This document shows positions 49,601 to 61,867 of a DNA stretch of 64,000 bases, piece after piece. Position 1 is the first letter of the stretch. The number at the start of each line of letters is the position of its first letter. Both the position numbers and the translations under genes were made by a program. Below the pieces are notes generated by a model. That model saw only the letters and a program-made list of their open reading frames with translations, searched no databases and was not told the DNA's origin. Source of the stretch: Phoronis australis (Eukaryota; Animalia; Phoronida); contig NMRA01000288.1 in the NCBI GenBank assembly GCA_002633005.1, forward strand, positions 74,300 to 138,299. The letters run 5' to 3'.

Positions 49601-51049
49601 ATGAATTTGCTGTTAGCAAGCATATTCATTCTTATGGAAATTCCGTCTTCCCACGAGCGTGAGTATGCGTCGTTTCCTATTTGAATTTCAAGTGAATTGT
49701 AAGACCTGGTGAATTTTAGACGACACTTAACAGTGTTCATTAACATAAACATATATATTTAAAAAGCTGCTAAATACTTGCTATTCGTCAAAAGATAACT
49801 TAAAGTACACCGCTTTCTGGTACAAAACCGGCAAGAAAAGTGATTTCGGAATTTGCAAGGAAATGGCAGTTCGTAAGTCTTGGAAACTATATGCTGGGTG
49901 TACAAAATGACACGCCGCCACGAGCCACTTTTCTTGGCCTGGGCGTAGTTGGTAGTCTCACTTGCGGCGAAAACGTCTTCACTTACGGAGTGAATTAAAT
50001 CCCACATTTCAGATCCATCCAACCTCAACGAGTAATGTCTTCAAAAGTCAACTTTTTACTAGGATAGGGTTGATAAGACCCATCCCTACCGTACTCGTAA
50101 AACACTCGTTTTCACTAAAGTAATTTTGTGACGGCTTGCGACATATTGCTTTTCTCGCAAGAACTTGATACACGGAACGCTGAGCTCCAGGTCCCAAGCA
50201 ACAAGTTCTTTATTCAAACGCACACATCACTTTAAATTTTAAGAAATAAACAATCATTTACTAATGCCAAAAATACATTTCTTTCCACAGGGAAGGAATT
50301 TGCGACTTCAACCTTTTTTGAATTGAAATTAGTTACAATAAACAACCAGGAATTTAACCGACAGATGTAATGCTTTAACATATAAAACTAAACCTCTAAC
50401 GGAAACTTAAAATGACACTAAACCCGGTTCTGACCTATTATCAGATATTAACACTGACTTTCACGTGCAGCTCTGATACGCCGTAAAATATAACAACTTC
50501 GTAAAATGTAACAGCTGTTACTTTTTACGTCATTGTTACGTTTTACGTTGCTAAGCCTCTTCTAAATGTAACAAGTAGTTACATTTCACGTTATTGCTAC
50601 ATTTTACGTAGAATGCTCATGCGAGAAATGTACCATTGTTACATTTTACGAAACCAATGCCATATCACAACGTTAATGACCAAAATCACGAGCAAGTGGT
50701 GCCTGGCATGATCGGGTTGCTCAAGTATTTTTGGACGAGGGCCAAAAATTTGGATACCTACCCATTTAAAAAGTTCGCTTGGACAAAAAGTTATCCATTT
50801 AGAGAGTAACTTTGTGAAAAAAAATCACATTTTTGCACAGTTCTGAAAAGGCGCCTTTTAGGTAGTATTTTGTTGAAAATGGCACCATTTCGGAGAGTAT
50901 TTTGCCGTGAAAAAAGACCCTTTGGAGCGGCACTTTTTGTGCACCTCTTCTATAGGAGTACCCTCCGGGCTGACGCGGCATGAATCTGGCTAACCATTAT
51001 CCTTATTACTGTTACTATTATTGTTATTATTATTATTAATATTATATAC

Positions 51050-51085
<36 letters not shown>

Positions 51086-54000
51086 TATTGTTATTGAATT
51101 TATTTAACGATCACAGAGTGCAATATACAAAATATATGGTTAGCAAAGTGCTATTACATTATGGTCCTCAACGATTTTGAAATCATCTCATTTATAGTTC
51201 CGTAATGGACAGCGAGTGATGTTTTAAAAGAATTTTATGGGGGTTCCTAGGTTCATCCTTAACGACATGAGAAACATCTTGACAGTAGTGAATGCCCAGT
51301 AGGCCTAATTTTTGGAGGTTGAGTTTGAAAATCCTGTTTAGATTTGATATTTTTTCTCTTTAAACATTTATTGGCTTACATCAAGAATTACAAAGCATGT
51401 ACAGTACAAGTCATGAAGTTCACACACACCTACACACACGCCACACTCACACCAGGGATAAATCAATGATTATGATAGAAATAAAGGAGCCATAGGGCTC
51501 CATCTGACGTTGAATTTATTTTATTCATAGTTTTTTAATAATTAATTTCTGCTGCCATGACAGCTTCAAAAATTCAATAAGAAAATGAACATGATTCATG
51601 TTGCATCCTCCTTGTGAAAATTCTTGTGTCATCGTGTCGCTTTTAATTCTGTCGTATTTTCCTTTCCAAATAGAAGTTAAAGATTAATTTTTGTAAAAGA
51701 GTTACTGTTTCCTTTTGGGGAGAAGGTAGCGAAGCAAACAGTTAAACAAGTTTTGGAAGACTAAAGGACGGTATCGTTTGTTATATAACTAATAAGACTA
51801 AAACGGTTAATTTTTCTAGTTAATTGACTTTCGAATCGAATTTTCCGTGAAAAGTTCTGTTGTGGTCATTTTTTCCGAAAAAGTACGATAAATATTAGCC
51901 AAAATACGTAGTCATTGTTTCTGCTATACTTACCAAGGGCAGCGTGTTTACTATAATGCCGCGGGAACACAAGTGAGCTGTGAGCGTCAATTGCAAGAAC
52001 ATTTTGACAATAACAAACTTGTTCCCTGGAAACTCCTTTCGTCTGGAATTGAAACTGTAGTTTTTGACAACTCTAAGTTGTAAGAGTTGTTAAGAAAGTC
52101 CTAGAGAGCCGCCTTTTTCAGACACGATAAGGCGCCTTTGTGGAGGCTGTACTAAGAGCAACTTGACCGATAACGTATTTGTGCTCAAATTTCCTAAAGA
52201 CGTGAAAGCTGCACAGAAATTGTACACCGTACGAGTGTGGAATGACAGTGTGGAGCATGCGATTCGGTCGGGAGCCGCCCTTTGTTTGGTACATTTCAAA
52301 AATAGTATTTCGAATAAACACAGAAGCGGCGTTACTATGAAAGGACTCGCCACCGTGTACGTGTATTTGCAAATTTTATGAATAACGTAAAAACTGTTTC
52401 CATTCTAGGGCGATCGAGTGATGCCAGGCCCTCATCCTCGGCCCAGATCGAGGGCCGCGCGACGACACGTAGGCTTAACGATTGCGTTTAGACCGTGGTC
52501 ATTTCATCATGGCAATAGTATATACAGCGGGTTTGACAAATAGTCGTTTAGCTAGCCACAGTCTTACGTGTACAATAAATAAATATGGCGGTTACTCGAA
52601 ACCCTTGTCGGGCTCGGGCGAGGACAAAAGAATCGCTTGTACTAACTATGTGTGGATTACGTGTATGTTTTTCACATTTGGGCAGATATCAACACAAAAG
52701 CATTGATCAAATGAAGAGAGATATTTAACATTCAGAAATATCTGCTCTCAACTCTCCAGAAGGAAGGGACTCCGCTCGACTTGGCTGCCGCACTTCTCGT
52801 GCAAGTGGGTCGAGTTCATACGGCCTCAAATCCGACGAAAGCTGGTTAAGTAATTAATTGTCTGATTCTTCTAATACTTGAGTGTGATGCCACTCTCCTC
52901 TATGTCCACATAACAGTTGTCCAGTTCTCGCTCAAAATCGCCCTCGTCTTCTAATCTGCTGTGTTCCTGCCGTTGCAATTGATTGTCAAGTGACCAAACG
53001 TCTTCCATCTATTACATCATTTGGCGGGAAACTATTTTTCTTCAAAACTAAAAAACCTAAACTTTTTTGGCATAAAAGTGCTTATTCAGTTTGATTTTAT
53101 GGCATTCGAGTTCATTTCATATTAACCCGCTGAAACCTCACAACTACGAAAATGCGTGGTGAGAACTCTTTAAGGTGACGGTGGTCAGTGAAGAAAATGA
53201 TGTGACGGCGGCGAGCGAGAACTGTGACCATCAGGAGAGATGAAGATATATATGATGACTGGGGACGAGGGAAATTTGTGGAAACGGGAATATGATAGCT
53301 CAGATCATCAGGACTTATAAGTTTTCTCCAGCAAGCAGTTTGGGAGAAACCTTAACCTGCGATGCGGCCGTTTCGGGGAGATATTGAACGAATGTTTTAT
53401 GCCCCCAGAAAAACAGAAGGTATTGAATAAATTTCAATCACATTGCGCGACCCCTTGACGCGTGTGTACTGTAAAGTTTGCGCCTAGCTGTCACCTGAAA
53501 ATAAATTTGCGCGTTGATATTTCAATTCTGTCTAAACAAAAGTTTCCATTAGCCTGCCAATTTTATTAAGCAACACTGTGACCTCGTTTACTTTGCAAAC
53601 TCGTTATACCAACAAACGCTGGAGTGTTTTGTAATGGTTTGAATTCACAATGGTTTTCAAAATAGAACATTCTACAGTACTGGAACCTGGTTTACTTTCT
53701 TACAATGAATATTAAATGATACCTACAATTTAATTTTGAGTCGGTACATTTCGGAATATCATATCACTTGCTTTAAAAGAATAATTAACCGTGACCAAAG
53801 TTGACCAAGCCACTGGATACCACAAACTGGGTTTTACTACAGCTTCTGCAGGAAATGTTCGTGGAATCCTCTTTAAGACTTTTGGTTGTATCCGGAGGGA
53901 GGATACCCCTTGCCCCTCGAAATGGTGGCAGCGGTGGTGGCGGTGCAGTGGCAGAAGTGATATTTGTGGTAGCAGAACGTTATCAGTATCGCTTGCAGTA

Positions 54001-57000
54001 TCAGTAAGAGTAGCATTATCAAGTGGCAGTAGCAGTGTATGGCAGAAGTGATATTTGTAGTAGCAGAACGTTATCAGTATCGCTTGCAGTATCAGTAAGA
54101 GTAGCATTATCAAGTGGCAGTAGCTGCAGTGTATGGCAGAAGCAGTATCAGCCATTAACATGTAGTACTAATAGGAGTGGTCATCACCATCATTATTATT
54201 ATTACTATTGTCATTGTTTATGGTATTAGAATTTCTACCTATTTTAAGGAATAGGACGGTCCAATGTTACACAGCCACATGTATTGCAGTATTTACTCAC
54301 AATGTTGCAACATTCATCAAGCAATTCTCTAGCCTCGTTTTCGCCGCACTGGAGTTTCTAGTGTTATTTGTTGGTGCCTAGCTTTTTAAATTTTTTCTCA
54401 AGTCCGTCAGAACAAAGAAGATATCAATCTGGGGCAGTCCTAGTCACACAGGATAAAAGTAATTCTTTGAAAGCCAAAAATGTAGACGTGTATAATTTCT
54501 ACAGTTCCAGATAACAAAGGGACAGAATTCATGATAGGTTTTGGGGAAAATACGCCAACAAACAAAGACCTAGAGCTGTTCATAACTACGCCGTACACAG
54601 ACGGGCCTGTCAGCGTGACCGTGAGCGTACCGCTAAATGCAGCAATATCTGTTCACCAGGTAAGAAACATTTTATGGGATATTTTTTTTGTTATTCATGT
54701 GTAGGTTTTTGTTTAAATCCGCTATATACCATGTAGTGCTTTTGTGTCAAAAAACCACCGTGTTTTCGCTTCCTAGCAAAGGATTGTGTTACATGGTTAT
54801 TGATTATCAGAAGAAAGAAACACGCACTCATTCCGATTTGCCAATGTTAAGACATGCATTACAAAAATCTCCCGTTTGCTTTCAACTAAGTACGACAGCG
54901 GTTTTCAAATTCAGGCTAGATACAGACATCAATCTACCCTATAATTAAACGTCCCAGTGGTCGTTTACCCAGCATTATGACTCGCAAGGAATCCAATTTT
55001 AGAAGTCAGCCAGCTCCAAAAATCACCAATTTTATTCTACGATGAATCAGTTCATTTTCGCCAGGTTTTTGCCGTGAATTATTCGATAATGGGGCAATTA
55101 ATGCGTTCCATGTTCCAACAAAAAGACCTCTGATACATAAAAGTACTGGGCTGGCGTACTGGGGGGAGGGGGGGGGGGTTACTATGCGTGAACTTGAAAT
55201 CCTGCTAAATCTCAAGATCGTGTATGCGTGGACTTGGAATACAGAGAAAACTTGACAAGTTCACTGAAATAATCACATTCACGTTGATAAAAAATTGAAC
55301 TGCGCTAAATCAAATTACGTTTTCTGTTAATAAAATAACCTAAATTTCAACCAATCTATTTCAACTATTGGCGATCTTATTCACTAAACAATAATTGATT
55401 CAACCATTCACATATTTCTCCGATTCTTTGACACAAGTTACGCTAAAGGTGAAAACGATTGATCATAATTACAAAAATTCTTTCTACTAAACAAAAAATT
55501 TCACTCGACTGCCCAAATGAATATTCAATTCCAAGTTCACGCATACGCCATCTTGAGACTAAGCAGGATTCAAAGCTCACGCACAGCACTTCTGCTCAAA
55601 TTCAGATAAAAATTCTGGCAGCGGAAAAACATTGGAAAGATATACAACAGTGGCGTGAAATTGCGGGAGTAGGGGAGATTCAGGGTGACCGAGGGGATTG
55701 GTGGCGACCGGACGGTGTGAAACTGGTTGCCGGCAAAGGTGTATCATGCGGCCCCCAAACAGCCAAGTCCAGTTACGTCTATGTTTATATTATCACTCCC
55801 AATCAACAGGACTGCTGGTGACAGCTTTTCTAGTAAAAGTCTGTTGACGAAGTACACGGTGTCGTGAAATGGGGCGAGATTCTAATGCATCATTGGAAAC
55901 ACTTTGAGTATTTTCGCAGCATAAAATTTCCCGTCAAAGGTGAAGGTTATCCAGTTTGATAGCCACTCGACTTGCAGTCTGGCTGAAGTCCGCCCATGTG
56001 CAGATTATGTTCACCTTGGGCAATTTAAGGTTACAGAAGTAGCCAAAGTATTTTAAGTGGATTTGCTTACGTGTACAACGCCATCTATTGAGAAATGTCT
56101 TCTTTGTGGCATACAGTATACCTTTCAGCCACAGAAATAGATCGACTTAGCTGTTGTATTCCAAGCAAATTTGGAGTTTTGACACACACATACAAGATAA
56201 CAAGGCATCAAAGAAAACACGAAAACGATTCATTTCAAATTTCCAGCTCACTCTTGAACAAGTGTTTACGACAAATGTCCAAACTAAGACATGCGCACTG
56301 ATGCCCACGGATGGATTTCTGTGTCGTTTATCACCTTTTCACAGGGCTAATATCTTGTAGAAGTGGTGCTGTGACGGAGGGTTCCAGTCCAAGTAAACTA
56401 CTTCCTTTCATTCTCACTTTTCTGATCTAATAATTCTGCCGAACAGCCGTGGGTATGCTACCTGAATTTAAACGAACACCGAAGGCACAGTGGTCGTACA
56501 GGGGAAAGCCGTTTCCAAATCTGCCAGCCTTAAAGGCTTCGTCATCTGTTGCCACATTGATAGAAAAACACTTACTAGCCAAACACAATAAATATCCAGC
56601 GAGAGGATAAGGACATACAGTTGCAGACCCAACGAAAAACCAAACTGCGGCAAGGGGCACCACCGTCAATAGTCAGAGCAGTAATCTAAAAATTTATCTG
56701 ATTGGGTCAGACCCTCCTAAAAAGCAACGTTAGTCGTGGTTTTCTCAGCAGTTTAACATTTGCCAATTTCGTAATGATCCAAGGAGCAATTTGGTAGGTA
56801 GAGAGGTGCATGCCAAATCAGGCTTGTAAATAACAAGAATACCACTAAATACGACGAATCCGTTCTTAACTTCCGTGAACAGTTGTCAACTCTTGAGACA
56901 CATCGATAAACATTACAAGCTTAAACATTGTGACGTCAAGGACAGAAAAGGGTAATTATTTAAAGGGTTTGGTTTCTGAAAATGAATTCCTCGGGAAAAG

Positions 57001-60000
57001 TTAGCGCTGAATTTTTCTTTCGCAGACGAAACAAACATAAAAACTAACAAAAAAGCTGCAATGGGTTTTTTATTTCTTGACAACAGTTTTGAGGTACTTT
57101 TGAGGTACTGGAAGGTGTCGTCGTCTGCTTAATAGACACAGTTTTACTAAGTTTAGAAAACCAACCAAGGAAATCCAAAGACACATATACAAATGCGTAA
57201 AAAACTGTAACTGCCATTACATGGGCGGCGCACCATAGGGGGCTGGGGGGGGGGGCTATAGCCTCACTTTTTTCAGTGCTACGCCGCCCATGCATTAGGG
57301 GTCACAGAGGTAGTCCGATCGGTCCGACATCTGTCGACAACTTCATGAAAACACGTTTATTAAATCTCATTAGTGGATTAGAATACACAGCAGCGTACGG
57401 ACAGACGGACGAACGCCCGGAAACAGATGACGGCATAGTGCACTTAGTGATCTTATTGCAAACCCTAAATCGGGAATTCATAAAAGTAGGTCTGAAATGC
57501 AGAAAGGGAGTTTTTGAAATATTCTCTAAGTCTATCGTTTAACGGTGTTACTTAGGTGGCTGTTTCCAAAGGGACAATACGAAAAGTATCTTTGCCGAAC
57601 TCTCTACGGATGACTGGTTCAGGAACTTACACTGGAGTTCAAAACGTTGGCATTCTCATCACCTCCACGCAGGAGATAGTAGTTTACGGCTCGAACAAAG
57701 AGATACGCAGCTGCGATGCGTTTATGGCCATTCCTACTGACGTATTGGGGAAAGATTACTACGTGCCGTCTTGGCCAAGAACGGAAGACAAGTACCCACA
57801 AGCTTCGCAACTGGGTAAGCGATTAGCTGATGGGTTAAATTGGCGATAGCTCGCTTTCTGTCACAAAAATCAGGTTTTGGATTATCTCCCTTACTGTCAA
57901 GAAATTGGTGAAATTAGAGGTGAATTTGCGGCTTCAAAAGAACTGTCAGTTATTTATTGACTGAGAACAGTCTCTACAATTTGGCTTTCCACGGTGTGTT
58001 CACAGGCACAACAACATTAGGTCAAACTAAATACTGAGACACTTAAACAACTGCTGTCCAGTGTGGTTCCTCACCAGGCACTTTAGGAACAACTCAAAGC
58101 ATGTCAATTCCAGAGTATTTTGCGTCTCACATTTTATCTCCGACTGCAACACGTTCACTAGTTACATTTGTTGACATTGACACCAATGAATCAATGCCAT
58201 TAGTGACTCCATACATGTATTTTCCTAGTGCAATCACCAAAATTCACTTCAACAAATTCCCATGCTCGTCAGGCCACCCACAACATTTCCAAAACGCTTA
58301 CATCAACAAAAAACATCTGCAGTAGAGACAGAGCACTCTGATTAGATACAAGCAAAATAGGTCAACATTTCCAGGGTCCTTCGAAATTCCTTCCGTTTCT
58401 CCTAATCATCAATTACAACCACACATGCACAGTTATGTGATTTAAGTAATTAAATGTTGGTTTCAAAATGAGTTTAATTACAGACCGGAGTCAACCATGT
58501 CTAGGATTTCATCATGTCAGGTCGAATTGGAGCCAGCTCGTCACGATCGCGAATTACGGTCACGAGCCTCTCTGTGACGGCGTGTTCTCTGCTTTTAATG
58601 CTGTAGATTTTAGTTGCGGTAAGCGTTCACTGACCTAACGAGCAAGCGCAATGGTTGACGTGAATGGGGAGAGTCGGCCGAGACGCTCTACCGTGAATGT
58701 TAAAACATTCAGTTAAAAAACAGGAGGTCGAACTAATTGTATTTATTTGTGTTGATATTTACAAATGTGACCAATAACCTGTTGCAGTCGGAGATAAAAT
58801 TACTCCCAAACTGATATGCCTTGAGATCTTCAAGAAGTGCCTGCTGGGTGGACATACTGAATAGTAGTTGTATAGCTTTCTCTATTGTAGTATCATCTTA
58901 GGCGGCTGATAAGAGGGCCTGTTGTGTGTAATTACTGTGCACCGAGCACGTACTTACAGAATAACGAACCGTCGTTCTTTGCAAGTTCAGAAACCTTCTC
59001 TCTTATGATCGAGGAACAAGTTGAGTCAAATTTTATTGCGGTCAAATTTCCCAGAAGGCGGGTTTATAGCCGATTTAGAAGAACACTAAACCCTGTTTTG
59101 TCGTTTAGAAGGATCACTTGTAACGTGATGAGATTGAGGAAGAGACGGAGGAATGGAAGGAGGATGACGATGATGACGAGGTGGAGGAATGGTGCAGAAG
59201 AATGACGGCGTTGATGATGAGGAGGAAGAGGAGACGGTACAGGATGACGATGAGGATTATGGTGATGACGAAGAATGAGATGAGGAGGTGACGCAGCATA
59301 CGGACGAAGAGGAAGCTGGAGAGGAAGATGGCGACGTTAATGATGATGACAATGACGGAAATGGCATAACACAAATAAGCTTTGTCTTCGTTTAAGGTGT
59401 GATTGGAGTAGAAGACAAGACGACAGTAACTCTCACTCTCCCATTACACGTTAACAGTATTACCCTGGCTACGGGAAAAAGCGGCGATGGTTATACTTAC
59501 ACTACGTTCAGTGCCGGTTCAAGTTTGAGCGTAGAACTTAACAGAGGACAAACTTACCAGGTATATTCACGTTTTTGTACTTAAAAGAGCATTTTGTGTC
59601 AGACATTGCAACAGTTGCTCAGTATTTTTTTCATCAAAAGCAGTTCAATTTTTACTTGAATAGTTTTTATTGTGCTAAGCATTTATGACAAGTGATACAC
59701 GATCTAATTACGTAAGATCAGGTTCTCCATTAGAAATTACATCAATGTGTTTTCTCCAGGGATGTAAAAAAGCTTTGAGTTCACGTATTATTTAAAACGT
59801 CAATAAAAATTCCCATTTGCACGTCATTCCTTGTTCTTTTAGCTCCAGTCCAACGATGATTTAACCTCCACTCGTGTCCAGTCAGACAAACCAGTTGCCG
59901 TCATGTCAGGCAGCAAGCGTACATCTATTGCTAAGACAGGACGTTCTTCTGATCACATAGAGGAAATGATTCCGCCGACGTTGTCTTGGGGAAAATACTT

Positions 60001-61833
60001 CATAACAGCACCCTTTGCCGAAAGAACTGGCGGTGACATCTTTCGAATATTAGGTAAGACCACGCTACAAGATAAGTGGAACAGATCCGGCCTTCTACCA
60101 GTAGATTACAAGGTGTTTTTAAATGACATATTAACAATGACATCCGTTTGTATCTTTAAATACATCGCCCTAGCATATATTTTTTCTGCAAGCGACGCCT
60201 TAGTTGTCCGTTAAATGAACATCTTGTAAAACGTTACAAAGGAATCCATAAAACAATAATCAATCCTAAAACAATTCATTTAGTTTCAAAATTTGTTCGA
60301 CTGAAGCTTGTGTTCATAGACGATCTGTCTACGAACCAGTAACCGTTCGAGTCAGTTTATACTAAATGTTTGTTCTTTCACTGACAAAGAATAGAATGAA
60401 GTATTTACAAATGATATTGTAGCTCGTTTTTGTAACCAAAATGCATTTACAGCTTCCGTCGATAACACTGAGGTTCAACTAACGTCAACACTTTACAAAA
60501 CCACCACAAAGGAGACGCTGAGATTAGGAAGGTTTAAAGAGCTAGATGTGCCGTCCACTGAATTTTACTACATATCAGCTTCAGATCCAGTACTGGTTGT
60601 TCAATATTCCAAAACAAGTACGTATGCAAGATTTCATAAATGGATATTCTGATTTTGTTACGCCGCAAAAAACACTGTCCTACTTTAAGCTGGGAACCAA
60701 TTTGGTTATGCTGTAAAAGTAACATGGTAAGCATTCGCAGCACGTCAGCAAAATAAATATGGAGATTATGATCGTCACCAATAAGCATCGTGAAGTAATC
60801 CAATTCTAAGTATTCAATTTCAGGTAGAGTTGACAGAAAACCCAGCGACCCTTTTATGACTCTCATTGTACCCGTGGAGCAATTTTCCAAAGACTACACT
60901 TTCGCAACACCAGAAGCCGTGCAGGCGCCATATCAAAACTACGTCGCCATCACTTGCAAAACTGTTGAATGCAGCGAACTTTATTTAGATGGCAGTCCTA
61001 TAACGGGTGCAAATTTCTCGACAAAATGGACCTTAATTCACGGGCCGCAAGCTTTATTGTCTGTTGGCATCGTTTTGATAAGCCATGGGACTCACACTTT
61101 AAGTCACCCCGACCCAACAGTCGTTTACGGTATTCAAGTTTACGGACAGGTGAAGTTTGAATCTTACGGATTCCCTGGAGGTATGTTGATATCTCCACTG
61201 TACAGTGCGTGTGTCCCGACTAGTGTTGTGGTCAATGATGGATTCGACAACGACTGTGACGGTAAAATAGACGAAGAACTAGCTGATGGTTTGGACAACG
61301 ACGGCGACGGGAATATAGATGAGGATACGGCTCAGCAGGTAAATCCGTTATTCATGGCATTCACTACGACTCCTACACCGTTACCCTCAACAATATCGAC
61401 TACGACATTCCAACCTATAACAATGTCGACAACCATGTCACTGTCTACGACAACAACGACCACGACATGGCTACCGACAACAACTTCGACTATGACATCG
61501 CTGCCTACAACAACATCAACCGCGACATCGTTGTTGACAACAAGACCAACGACTACGACATCACTACTCGCAACTACGACACCGATATTAACCAAAACCG
61601 CGTCAACCACCAGAGATTCTTCGCCATCGACAACAATAACGACCAAACTGCTACCACCAATTTCGACAACGCTACACACAAAAACAACTGTGAATCCAAC
61701 GTCAACTGCCACGAAAACAACAATGAGCACCACGCGGCTATCATCAACAAACAGAACAAAGTCATTTTTCGTGACAACATCTGAGAAACAGACATCTTCA
61801 AAGTTTCAAACAATGCTCACGTCTTCGCTGTTG

Positions 61834-61867
<34 letters not shown>

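Noticed and set aside
56440-56675. Possible second THAP remnant (KTKLRQGAPPSI)
   Set aside because: Zinc-binding Cys/His residues not recoverable.
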